From Paraspadella gotoi (taxonomy: Eukaryota; Animalia; Chaetognatha): DNA of 63,916 nucleotides. Positions 51,493-63,916 of the stretch are shown piece by piece. The notes beneath the pieces are model-generated. The model was not told the DNA's origin. It saw nothing but the letters and a program-made list of their open reading frames with translations, and made no database searches. The stretch is taken from assembly GCA_051294375.1 (NCBI GenBank), contig CM119268.1:19058407-19122322 (forward strand), written 5' to 3'. A program made the position numbers and the translations under genes. Every line of letters begins with the position of its first letter. The stretch's first letter is position 1.

Positions 51493-53965
51493 CTCAAAAA
51501 CCAATTCAGAGGCAGAGGGATAGAAGTAAGCCGAAGAGGAAGAGAGTTGAGATATCTCTTGTCGCTGATACATTTTTTTTTATTCCCTTTTGTTTCGGTT
51601 ATGTTTTTTTTTCTTTGTTTCGTTTTGTATTGCTGTTCTTTTGTTTTGTTTTTTTCTCTGCACGTTGAAGGTTGAATTCTTACAGAGTTTTCATATTTCC
51701 TTTGTTCAGTTAGTTCATTTTTACTTTTTATTTCTTTCTTTCTTTCTATATATCTTTCTTTATTTCTTTCTTTTTTGTTTTTTATTCTCAATTTAAACGA
51801 GTTTTACTTTATTACAAAATGACTTTGATATTGTTCTCTGCTTCGTTTGATTCCAGAGAATCGAAGAACATCAATTATCCGCTTTCAACAATCAACAACT
51901 TGTGAGAGAGAGAGAGATGAGAGAGAGATGAGAGGAGCAGAGACGGAGAGAGAGAGAGAGAGAGAGAGAGAGCTGCAATGGCTCTTCCGCCGTCAATGAT
52001 AGACCACATTATAAAAATAGAATCCGTGGGAACTGATTTAAATTTGAGTAGTCTACACGAGTTTAAAGAAAACAATAATAACAAAAAAAAAAAATAAATA
52101 AAAATCAACCAAAGCAACCTTTTCCATAAATTTTATTAAAATTGGGCCATCCGTTTAGGAGCAATGATTTTTTATAATGAAGTACTTTACCGCAAAGTTG
52201 AATGTAAAAAATCTGATAGATTTAAGACTAATCTGTTTTCTTATTATTATCAAATGTACTACTACTAGAACTAGTATCTTTACAATTTTCATAAAGAGAA
52301 AAATAAAAACTAAAGAAATAAAGAAAGATAAAACGAACTACCCAGTGAGCCAAATCCGATGATACGAAAGAAAATTAATTATACGTAAACTATACGCCAA
52401 TAAGAAAAATTTATAATACCAATTGAAAGAAAAATTTTTGACGTTTTTAAAAAGTTAAAAACATTGCTTAAAAACGCTTTAAAACATTCTAAAATGCTAT
52501 CAAAACCATTAAAAAAAATCGTCATCACTAGAAACTCGAACTGTACACATGTTATTGCCTATGTTTCAACATATTCACTATATTATGTCTCTTCAATGTT
52601 TTACCTCATACATAATAAATGTCTCCCAACTCTCTATATCGTGGTCTTCCACAGTAAAAAACTTTTATGCAGCAGATTCTGTGATTCACTGGTCACTCTT
52701 TCAAGCTTAAACTACCATTTTTTAAATTGTCTTGCCATAAGCACTCCTCTTTCTTTAATTTTTCAATATAGGGCAAGCTAATTATAGGCAGTGAATAGAC
52801 ATCTTTGTCTTGCCAATAATCTTTTGGCACAAAAAAGCAGTCTTGGAAATTGCTTAGTCAGCCAGCTAAAATTATTTCAATAAAGACTAGAGCATCATTC
52901 TCTCAGGAACCAAGAGGTTTATGGACTTAATTGTGGGCAAAAAAACACCATTATATCTGTAACACTGCTTTAAAAACTTAATACAAAATTATTCATTGCA
53001 CTCAATTTTTAACAAATACGATTCTTTGACAATTTGGCGATTTTACCATCTTTGTGAGAAAATAAATTTGAAGTTGTTATTAATAATGGATTAAAATAAA
53101 ATTTATAGATAAAAAACGTTAAGTAGTTATTTATCATTTTAAAACATCTCAGTAAGTCTATCACAACTCAGTAAAGTACGGCTGTGGTTTCTTTTGTATC
53201 ATTGGATTTGGCTCACGGGGTCCATATGGTATGGAATCTTAAATAGTTTTTGACTAAAATAATCTTTAACAATGATCTTTTCAAAAATTTTAAAAATATT
53301 ACCAAATTGACCCGAAAAAAACCCGACTTGATGTAAGAAAAAAAAAACAACGCACATTATTATATTCAATTGTACGTTTTTAACTTTTCCCACAGCAACT
53401 CAGGTTTCCTGGTGATATCGTTGGCAAGGAAAGAATTTCGTCAATGACCCCCGGGGCAACAGGAATTTCGCAAGAGCGAAAGCACGCGGCTAAAAATAAC
53501 TATCGCCATGGCAACGTGTCTGAACTTAAACTGGCGAATCGAGCATCATAAAGTCAAGTCTAAGAATACGATTTTCTCCGCGGATTTACTCCTAGTTTAT
53601 TTTTTTTAGACGTTTGTTCGTCTAAAGCTAAGGCAATATGGCATGTGGTTATTTAAAATAGTTTATTATGACTTGATCATTATTTTTATATCAATTATAT
53701 ATCGTGACGAGATTTATGAATATTTTTTAGTTTCGCGGAGGCTCCCTATAAATTGATTTGTAGTCGGTATGTCTGTTAGTCTCTTTCACAGTAACAAAGC
53801 AACAACCCCATCGAATTGCCGAAATAACCAAACAGCAATAAAGAGTCAAAGTATCTCGCCAACAATTCTAACGGCGCTCACCGACGCCGAATCTAAAAAT
53901 ACCTGTCGACGTCGCCATAGAAACGCGTCTCAAAATAACTATAACGCATTCGCGTCTTCGCCGAA

Positions 53966-54004
<39 letters not shown>

Positions 54005-54699
54005 CGAGAAAGATTTTTTATTTGGCGGAAGAACCCGGCCGGTTATTTTCACTTGCGTATGGAAACGTTTTTTTAACTCTTTTAACTTTGTTCTGTTTTG
54101 CTCCGTTTATTTAGGAATTGTTGTTCGCTCTTTTGTGAGCTCGTCGATGTGTTCGTGAGCCGCAAATATCATTCACTGAAGCCTCAGTAATTCCAGCGCA
54201 AAGTTATGCCATCGATATCTCCTCTCGTCTGTCCGGCGTGAGGTGGTCACTGGTCAGTCGCTATGGGACTGACCCAGATCCTTTGAGAGAAATTCGCCTT
54301 CGATTCGCCAGTTGCCATTACCTTCCCTTTCCTCGAAATGTATTTAATGTAGTTCATTTCTTAGGGCGATGTTCATATTGTCATATTCAAATTCATCTAT
54401 TTGTTTCTGGTTTATCTTCTTCGGGCGTTCCCCACTTTCAGAATTCCAAGCAGAGGATCTCTCCGAAATAATTGATAACCTTTAGCTTTATCGTAGGAAT
54501 TTTGATAAGAATAAGATCAGCACTGCAACTAAGCGGCTATCCTCAATTATAGAGTGAGCCAGTCCATTAAGAGTGCAGCAGTATCGATCACAATATCCCG
54601 ATCAGGTCAGTAATTCCAAATAGCAAAGAGACTAATTAATGAAAATGAAAAGCAGAAAAGCGGGTGAGGATAAATTTCTTTTCTAAACGATCGTCGTGT

Positions 54700-54935
54700 A
54701 AATGTGTGGATAAGGCGCTAAGTGGGCTGAAGAGGACTATCCCGAACTTCTAAAACCCCCTCTAGCAGACATGGAACGGGTCCTGGGCTTGGAACCAGGC
54801 TTGAGGGTTTTCCACGCCCCCAAGGCGGCTTACGGCCGTCCTCACACTTCCCACAGGGTAGGTACCGGGTTGGGATTGAACCCGGTACCTAGTGGTCATG
54901 AGCTGATGGCTTTAATCCATCCAAATACTCCAAGA
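54700..54935 (-). mobile_element. tRNA-derived SINE-like element
   Basis: Minus strand has a degenerate A box (tggatggattaaagc) and B box GGTTCAATCCC (54882-54872) inside the hairpin aggtaccgggtt...aacccggtacct, followed by a GC-rich body. Confidence 0.55.
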
Positions 54936-55076
54936 GATATTTGTATCGAGACGTGTTTGTATTCCTTTCGTTAGAGAAGCTTGTCAATCGACATTGTGCA
55001 ATGTTTCCACTATTATGAGGTTTGAATCACACGTCAATCGCTTCCGAGATTGACGTGTGGCCATAAGGCATTTCAG

Positions 55077-55156
<80 letters not shown>

Positions 55157-55662
55157 CAAATTTCCTAGGGCAAGAGCAAAAATCAATCGAATCTTGAGCG
55201 AGCTTTCCGAACAATATGCGCATGGAATACAGATTGATCAAATAAAAATATGAAATATAATATCCAAGGCTCTAACGTTACCTATTATTATATATCATTA
55301 TATATATATTTTTTAACCACAAATAAAAAACGTCCCATCTCCAGGAAATAAAAAAAGATTGAATTTCGATGACAATTGTCGAGGGATGTAACCCGGAAGC
55401 GTAGACAAGGCTGAGCGCGGATGAGAGTGGCGGGGTTGACGTCGCGAAAACGACAGAAAAGAGAGAAAAAAAAAAGAGAAACAAAATGGCGCCCGTCGCC
55501 GGTTCTTCTCCAACCGAAGGAAAGAAGAATAGAGCTTAAAAAAAATTGTCGTTGTCGTCGTCGTTCGTCGTGAGAAAATTTTTAATTATTATTCAGTCGA
55601 GATTTTTTCTTGAACGGAAAAGGTGATAAGGAAAGAAGGTTAATTGACCAGAATGTCTACTT

Positions 55663-55737
<75 letters not shown>

Positions 55738-55849
55738 GACATACCCTCCGGGAACAGGATTACATGTGACTATGTTCTTTCCTTCATTCTCCTTCCATAA
55801 AACAGAAAGAACGAAAGAAGGAGAAAACTAAGACGCTAGGAGCGAGCGC

Positions 55850-56105
55850 GAGAGAGCCAATGAAGAGATTGCGTTTCGATCTTTCGCCCAATCAGCGGCC
55901 TTCTTTGGATTTTCTCCCGATGATCGGGGCGTGTGCGTGCGCGCGTCTCGGCGAGTGTGCGTGTGTGTGTATGTCTGTATGCAAGTAAGAGCGTTCCTCC
56001 TCCTCTCTCCGTCTTCTTCTTCTCCTCCTCCGCCCCGTAGTAGGCTGGCTGGCAACTTCTCATTGGTCCAGCCCCTGATTGGACTCGGTTCTGATTGGTC
56101 GATCC
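55850..56105. promoter_or_regulatory. CCAAT (NF-Y) box cluster, probable promoter
   Basis: CCAAT at 55857 and 55888, ATTGG at 56062, 56078 and 56094, and a GC box ccgcccc near 56030, within a CpG-rich island. Confidence 0.55.
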
Positions 56106-56286
56106 CGCAAAAAGGTTGGCGCAGAGTCGGCCAGGAGCGAATGCTGGATCGAGAGACCAGGCCCAGTGAGTTGAGAAAGAACTGAGGTAGGTTTCTTTTA
56201 AATCCGAAGAACAATAGAGTTTATTCTTAGAGGATAATAAATATTAGGGAGTTACGTGTAAAATAGAGTTTTATATTCGATGAAAC

Positions 56287-56325
<39 letters not shown>

Positions 56326-57311
56326 CTCTCTTCTCTCTCTTCTCTCCTCTCTCCTCTCTCNNNNNNNNNNNNNNNNNNNNNNNNNNNNNNNNNNNNNNNN
56401 NNNNNNNNNNNNNNNNNNNNNNNNNNNNNNNNNNNNNNNNNNNNNNNNNNNNNNNNNNNNNNNCAGATTGAAAGGCTTCAGAAAGTCTGATGCACTAAAA
56501 CCGAGCCGCCGTTGGCTTCGCTGCAGAGCTATACTGGAAGACGGGATCTCTCTCTCGGATGCCAGCGTGATGAGCAAAGAAGGAGAGAAAGAGAAAAAGA
56601 AGCCGCCGAAAAAATGAAAAAAAAAATTGGATGAAAGAAAAAAAAAGAAGGAAAAAAATGAGATTTGGAAAAAAGAAAGAAAAAAAAGGAGTGGAAAAAC
56701 GTTTCCACAGGTTGAGCGTGGAGCGCGGGCGTTTCGACGTATTGATTGAGCACGGGAAGGAAAAGAGAGGGACGGAGGGAAAAGAAAGAGGGGGAGAAAG
56801 ATAGGAAGGAGAGAGAGAGAGAGAGAGAGAGTTTGGTCAGGCGGGGTACTTTGGGAGCAAAAAACCTTCTGACGTCAAAGAACGAAGACGAGTGGGTTTC
56901 AAAATACAGGAGAGGAAGAGGAGAGAGAGGAAGAGAGAGAAGGAGAGAGAGAGAGACAGGAGAGAGAGAGAGAGAGAAAGAGAAAGTAATTTTAAAACCA
57001 TTGTCGACGTTTGTCACAAAGAAGGATGATTTTATAAAAATTAAAAATTGAAATGGATTTTCCAGAAAGTTTTTTTTCTGGAGTCGCAAGAAGCACGTGG
57101 CGGTGTACAGTCTTGCCACGCCCAATTCTGGCGGAAAGATGGTAGAGGAATTGTCAAGGTTGTCTAGAAAATTCTAGAATGAAGCTGTAGAAAATAATTA
57201 TCATTTTCTACTGAATAAAGTATTATGTATTTATTATTGAGGATTTTTTAAAAATGCAGAAAGAGAAAAAGACAGAGAGATATCCCTATTAGATTGAAAG
57301 AAAAAAAAATA

Positions 57312-57391
<80 letters not shown>

Positions 57392-57415
57392 ATCAAAGAA
57401 AGAAAGAAAGAATCA

Positions 57416-57446
<31 letters not shown>

Positions 57447-57777
57447 GAATCTCACGTTTCCTATTCTCTAAAAAACTTTTTCTTTTTCTCTCTTGACTTG
57501 TTTTTCGCGACGGGCCGAGTCTCACTCATTGACTACGTGAGGCCATTCGGAATCCGCACCGAGAACTAACTCCATTCCATTCCACTCACGCCACGCGATT
57601 CCTGTCAGATCTCGAAATTACAATCTCACTTTATTTGATGCCATTCACACCGAGTGAGGCTTCGAGTGAGTTGCCCCTTTTTTTTTGCTTAGTGCGTCCA
57701 ATCAACATTTGGTAGCAATTCCAATAATGTGGCAAAGATGATAAAATAACCTTGGTATTTTCCTAGATGATATTTTT

Positions 57778-57867
<90 letters not shown>

Positions 57868-58246
57868 AACGACGATCATAAGAATACTGAGCCCGCCCGC
57901 GGTGCCAGCCATCCGCCGCCCGACGCCAATTAGATCCATCTAGCGGAAACGTCATCAAAAAACGAGGCCGTCGCGCGTAATCGCCAACGTGGAGTCGATT
58001 TTTTCCACCAATTTGCCGCTTTTTTCAACCAACTGACATTTTCATCAAACAACTGGCGCCTCTGTCAACTGGCAACATTTTGAGGTTTTGAGGCGCCCTA
58101 TAAACTCAATGACATTGTCAGTTTACTGGCGCCTTCGTCAGCAAAATGGCGCCGAAAGTCGCTTAACATCCTTCGCTTCGGTAAAAGTCGTTCACGCAAC
58201 GAAGCCGACGCCGTGTCACATCTCCGGGTCACCTGGCATCGACACA

Positions 58247-58365
<119 letters not shown>

Positions 58366-58750
58366 CGCGTGTTAATGACCTCGCATGGGTCGCTCAGCCA
58401 CGACGGTTACTCTCGGTCAGCGCCGATCGCCCGCAAAGAGGGCGCTAGCTTGCGCGCGTGGCGAGTGCGTGCCTGCGTGCGTTTCATTCATCGTCACCGG
58501 TTTTCTAAATAATATAAGTGAGAGAAAGTCGTTGTCCTTTAAACGAGTCTATCATGGTCGTCGACATCTGCAATCTTGTCAGTCAAAAACCGCACGCTCG
58601 CTAACTGTTCGAGTTGAACAACCGAGTTAATAATAAATAAATAAATAAAGGAAGTAACGAGCGATGCGTTTCAAGATTCTCCCGTTTTCGTCGGGCAAAA
58701 AATCTCTCTCCCGTGCAAAGTTTAAGCGCGTCTCTCTCTCTTTCTCTCTC

Positions 58751-58785
<35 letters not shown>

Positions 58786-58857
58786 TCTCTCTGAGTCTCG
58801 TTGCGAAGAGAAGAAGCACGAGGGCGTTGCTATGGTAACAAACAGCGTGACGTTTTT

Positions 58858-58933
<76 letters not shown>

Positions 58934-59897
58934 CTTCTCTCTCTCTCCTCGTAATTTCGGGACTAAAGAAAGGAAGCGGTTTCGAGTAATCTATTATTTA
59001 TAGAGGAAGGAGTTGAATTGGAAAGCAGAACTTAGTACAAATAAGAACAGATAAAAAGATAGTAGGAATTTTGAATGTTGCCAGTTGTCAGAAACGTGGC
59101 AAGTGAGTAAGTTTTGTGTGGGAATAGAGAAAAATAATCAGGTAATGGTGAAACAGGGGGAAGTGAAATTTGAGAGTAAAAAGTACAAATATTTTAGAAA
59201 TTGTGATAACTGCAACATGGGAAAAAATTTAAAAAAAAACAACAAAAAAAGCAAAAAAAGCAAAAAAAGCAGAGCAATGAGGATTGAGGAAGTCGGGCAC
59301 GGGTGGGTGGAATAGGCTAAGAATTGTCAATCAAGGATAGTGGGAGGTAAAATATGGGGAAGATAAATTAATTTGAAAGGTGGAACATGAAAAAGCAAAA
59401 GGTTGAACCACTGGAACATAATCGTTAATCCGAGGAAAGTTGAAAATTAATACATTAACTTGGATACCGCCCAGAAATTATTATTTTACTCCGTATAAAT
59501 AACTCATTTTGATTTAACTTCCATGCAATAAAGAAATAAACTCTCGTATTTTATGTTTTGTTTTGTTCTTTTCATCATTATTTTCTAATTTTAAAAACTT
59601 TATCAGAAAATATACATTTTAATTCATAATTATTATATTATTATATTATAATTCATCATTAAAACATTCCCAATGGTCCCTCTCGCTCTCAAAGATCTCT
59701 GCATTTCTCATCTTTGACTCTTCGTGGATTCTACCTTCGCATTGATCCACGTGCCCAAAGCCTTCATCTCCTTAATATCACATCTGCTTCCCCGTTGTCA
59801 TCCCCATGACAACCGCTACAACCACCACCACAACCACCAAAACCACCACAACCACTTTCCTTCCTTCTTTCCACCCTCCCTTCAGTCCATCCATCTC

Positions 59898-61597
59898 TCA
59901 AAGGCTTCCGCATCTTCCTTTAAGCCTCAGGCACTTGACGATCTCTGGTTTCTCCGCCGCCTCGGACGCCGACAGCCCCGCCATGACCGCCGCCTTCTCC
60001 AACGCCGCGCAGAGTCGCCCGTTATAGTCGCCGCAAGAGTCGTCGTCGTCGTCGTCGTCGTCGTCGTTGTTATCGATCAAAAGTGGCGCCTCTTGAGGAT
60101 CGATTTCGACCAGAGGGCCAAACGCGAAAGCGCCACCTGGTGGAAGGTTGTTCTGCAATGGCGTAGAACTTGTCGGTGTTAGAGTGGTCGATGCGGTTGT
60201 CCACGAAGTCGTCGGAAAAGATGTCGGGAGGTTTGTCGGCCGAGAAGTAAACGGAGTCGTCGAAGAAATTTTTGTGAAAGCAGACGTCGTCTTTTTCGTC
60301 GTGAACTTCATCGTCGTGACTTTGATCGTCGTCTTTGGGAACGTCGTTGATTCACCAATCGGCTTCGCGGTTCCCGTTGAAGATGTCGAAATTTGGATTC
60401 CTTCTGTGGTCGGATTCGTGGTCTGCTCTGTGGTCTTCTCTGTGGTCGGATTCGTGGTCTGCTCTGTGGTCTTCTCTGTGGTCGGATTCGTGGTCTTCTC
60501 TGTGGTCGGATTCGTGGTCTGTTCTGTGATCTCATTTTGAATCGTCATTTCATTCGTCGTTGTCATCGTCGCATCCATTGACGTCGATGTCGTCTCTTCA
60601 TCCATTGCAGTTGTTTGGTCGTAGGTTGTCGAGGCGATTGTTGCCGCAACTGTTGATGCGTTGGTAGTTACAGCAGTAGCAGTTGTGGCATCGCCTTCCG
60701 TCGTCGAATTCATTTCCCAGCTCATCGTCGTCTTGGGATTTTCTGATGTTGCTGTTGAAGAGGAAGTCGCTGCTGTCGTCGCTGTTGCGGCGTCGATGGT
60801 GGATGCTGGATTCGACGGCGACATGGAGGACGTTGAGGATTTTGAGGAAGATTGCGCGAATGGAGTTGGAATCGTCGTCGTCGCCGTCGTCGTCGTCCTT
60901 CCCCCATCAAACTCCAGTCCGCACCACTCCATCATCTCCACGCAGGCCTCTACGTTTTTCTTGACGTCCGGAGGCAAATCCGCGACGGAGATAAACCGGA
61001 CGAGCGACTGGAGGCTGCGACAGAGGCTTATCTCGCTCTTGGAACACCAACTAGTGAAGGTTGTGGAGGTGGACGGATTCGTTGAGGCAAAGATGGTGGA
61101 GGTGTTGTTCGGGGAGCTGGAACTGGAAGTTGCTTCTGTGGAATTGGAACTGGTTGTAGTTGTGGAGTCGGAAACGATGGGCGACGTTTGGTTGAAGGTG
61201 ATCGTTATGTTCTCCGCGATTTCGGTCGTAGTTGCCATCGTCGTCGTCGTCGTCGTCGTTGTCGTCGTCGGCGACGTCGGATTATCGTATGGCGTGGTCG
61301 TTGGCGCCTTTGAGCTCCTAGCGCCGCCGCAAACGACGCCGAGACATTCTCCGGCGTCGCAATCGTGGCGCCCGATGGGATCGTGCCCGCAACGAAACAG
61401 GTCGGTTTCGTTGCCACGGCAACTTACGCCGTCGAGCCAGAAGCCCCGCCGAGTCTGGCCGAAGTTGGACTTTCCCGTCCGGAAGGCGAGGGCCTCGGCG
61501 AAGCCCATCATCCGGCAGACGACGGAGGCCGTGGAGATGGAAGCCTCGTCGTCGCAAACGCAACGCCAGGCGCCGTTGATGGAGATCTCCACGTTGC
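59898..61597 (-). CDS. Last exon of SRCR-domain mucin-like secreted protein (DMBT1-like architecture)
   Basis: (G)NVEISINGAWRCVCDD...VVCRMMGF...FWLDGVSCRGNETDLFRC...GVVC is an SRCR domain. It is followed by Thr/Ser-rich linkers with TTNPTTEK repeats and two 4-Cys modules. caag| acceptor, phase 1. Confidence 0.92.
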
Positions 61598-61691
61598 CTT
61601 GGTGTTTTTGCGAACTGATTATTCATTTATTGACAGATTGACCGATGGAATAAACTCAATCTTTTTTTCGTACATGATTCAAATAGTTTAT

Positions 61692-62812
61692 CAGCAGATA
61701 CCGACTCTATAATTCACTTTCTCGGTCCGTCGGTCCCATCCCAAAATATTGTCGGTAAATCATTTTTATCATATCAGAACATCGAATTATGATTAATTAT
61801 ACCAAAAAAAATGATGTCCGTCCGTCCGTCCGTCCGTCCGTCCGTTTCCCCCCTTATCATTAAACTCAAATTACTCGTGATTGGATGGATGGGTTGGAAT
61901 GAAATTTTGTGTGTGGGTAGGGAAGTGTGTGATTGAGCTAAATCGTCCGAGTGGAAATTAGTTAAAATGGAAAAAACAAAAGTAATACTTACTTGAGATA
62001 TTTTTACTTATATTTACTAATAATTATTATGTTTATTATAAATTGGATAGATAAATTGAAATGAAATTTTGTGTGTGGGTAAAAAGGTATGTGATTAAGT
62101 TGGGTATAATTTTTTGATGGAATTGTATGAGTGAAAAAGAGTTTAAATTAGAAAACTAAAAGACACAATTAGTTGAATTTTATAAAATTTTTCTCTAGCT
62201 CTATTTGTTTGTCTGTTTGTTTGTTTGTGTAGGATTTGATCTAGGCTTCTTCGCCTTCACGACTGATGAAGCATAGTGAATCGCCAACTAACATTTTAAA
62301 CAAGTTTAACTTTTAATTAACATAAGTTACATTATAAACGATTTATCAAAATCAAATAAAACAATCATATCCGAGATTCGATCCCTGGACGAATGAATCA
62401 CGAACTGTGTCTCAATCACTTTCACTATTTTTCAAAAAAAAGGAACATCATAACCATTCACATATTTACTAGATCACACTAGTAGTTTTATAGTTTTCAT
62501 TGTTATGACTTTTATTTCCTTCTCCTTTCACAAAGGAATTCTCCTACCATGTTAAATGTTTACTGTCACAGTATTAATGTTTATTTTTATTGTTAATGTT
62601 ATTGATTAATATTATTACTAATATTGCTTTTGTCTGTTTGAGCATATAGATATTTTGTTTATCTGAATATCTATATGCTTTGATTATTTTATTAAGGTTG
62701 ATTTTAATGTTGAACAAATACAAGATTTTGTTCTAGAAAAAAAACTTTTATCCTTGACAATAAATAGTGAGGCACAGTTGCGCGTGGCGATTTGTGACGA
62801 ACGCCACATTTG

Positions 62813-62849
<37 letters not shown>

Positions 62850-63510
62850 CCTAATTATGCCAGTTGACCAAAATATGCCAGTTGAACAAATTCTGCAAGT
62901 TGACCAAATTATGCGAATTGGTAAAATTATGCTAGTTGACCAAATCATTCCAGTTGATCAAATTATGCCGGTTGACCAAATTATGCCAGTTGACCAAATT
63001 TTGTCAGTTGACCAAATTATGTCAGTTTATCAAATAAAGCAAGTTGACCAAATTATGCCAGTTGACCAAATTACGTCAGTTTACCAAATTATACCAGTTG
63101 ATCAAATTATACCAGCTTACCAAATTATGCAAGTTGAAAAAATTATGTCAGTTGACCAAATTATGCCAGTTGACCAAATTATGCCAGCTAACCAAATTAT
63201 GCCTGTTGACCAAATTATTCCAGTTGACCAAATAATGCAAGTTGATTAAATTATGAAAATTGATTAAATTATGAAAGTTGATCATATTATGCAAGTATTG
63301 GCGCAGGTACTGATAATGATTGATAGATCAATTGATTTATAGATTTTTTCATAGATGTATCAAGTCTGTCATGATTTGTTATGTTACGATTTGTTATTAT
63401 CTGTTAAGATCACAAATTGAGAGTAAGAAAAAATTAATGCTATTTATCATTGGATTAGCTTATTACTGCTTAATTATCGTAGGCAGATCCGACATTTCCT
63501 CAAACTTGTT
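61692..63510 (-). mobile_element. HINE/Helentron-like element with 18-bp minisatellite (intron of SRCR gene)
   Basis: Reverse-complement homologue of 8042-9038. (GTCC)n at 61816-61844, (gttgaccaaattatgcca)n at about 62850-63295. Confidence 0.75.
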
Positions 63511-63658
63511 TATTAATAGATTTAGGTAATATTTTATTTATTCATTCATTTATTTAATTAATTTAATAGATTTATGCAATAAATTATTTATTTATTCATT
63601 GATTTAATTTGATTTAATTCATTTGACGGATTTGATATTATACGATTTATATTCAAAC

Positions 63659-63863
63659 CTTCATGTACGGAGTGCCCGTTGACGAGTCTTATTCCTTGAA
63701 AAGAACCGGAAAAACACTCGACTCCGGCGAAATTGTTCAAACCGCAGTTTCCCTTTTGTTTGTAACTACAGTCGGCCAGCGAGTTCTCGTCTCCCCTGCA
63801 GGTGACGCTAGCAATACCCACCGTTCGCGGTTGAGGACCAAAAAAAGAACAACACGTTGTTTC
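63659..63863 (-). CDS. Upstream exon of SRCR gene (end of one SRCR domain, start of the next)
   Basis: ETTCCSFFGPQP...VTCRGDENSLADC...AGVECFSGSFQGIRLVNGHSVHE(G). acag| acceptor and G|GTTTGA donor, joining in phase to give IRLVNG...EGNVEI. Confidence 0.9.
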
Positions 63864-63916
63864 CTGTTTGATAAAATGCATTTCTTTTTAATCAATACCG
63901 TCCTGACATTGGTTTG

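Noticed and set aside
60148-61641. Plus-strand Val-rich ORFs (130 and 326 aa)
   Set aside because: Antisense shadows of the Thr-rich SRCR exon.
62255-62290. CTGATGA as another hammerhead (also CTGAAGA near 54728)
   Set aside because: No GAAA core or convincing stems follow.
62842-63249. 135-aa PVDQIM-repeat ORF resembling a solenoid or antifreeze protein
   Set aside because: It is the translation of the 18-bp minisatellite inside a repeated intronic element; the other copies are interrupted.

Overview
AT-rich, microsatellite-laden animal (probably invertebrate) genomic DNA with GC-rich exons. Three spliced genes were reconstructed by hand. (1) A complete CaMKII gene on the minus strand: 10 GT-AG exons, 47959->27342, about 486 aa, with a 1-nt frameshift in exon 2 that is probably an assembly error, plus a candidate 15-nt microexon. 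(2) A 5'-incomplete plus-strand gene (3682-14643) encoding >=1165 aa of low-complexity protein with nuclear co-regulator-type short motifs. (3) The 3' part of a minus-strand SRCR/mucin-like gene carrying two copies of an unrecognised 4-Cys module. The top finding is that the CaMKII TGA stop sits in a TGA-CAA-CCA (CARYYA) leaky context, with a hairpin downstream and 300 further in-frame sense codons of exon-like composition ending in the class I PDZ ligand -TNV. This is a candidate programmed stop-codon-readthrough isoform of CaMKII. Non-coding DNA holds Tc1 relics, Helentron/HINE-like elements with an 18-bp minisatellite, a foldback element, a GC-rich TIR element, a tRNA-derived SINE, and two palindromes built on Penelope-type minimal hammerhead ribozyme motifs.
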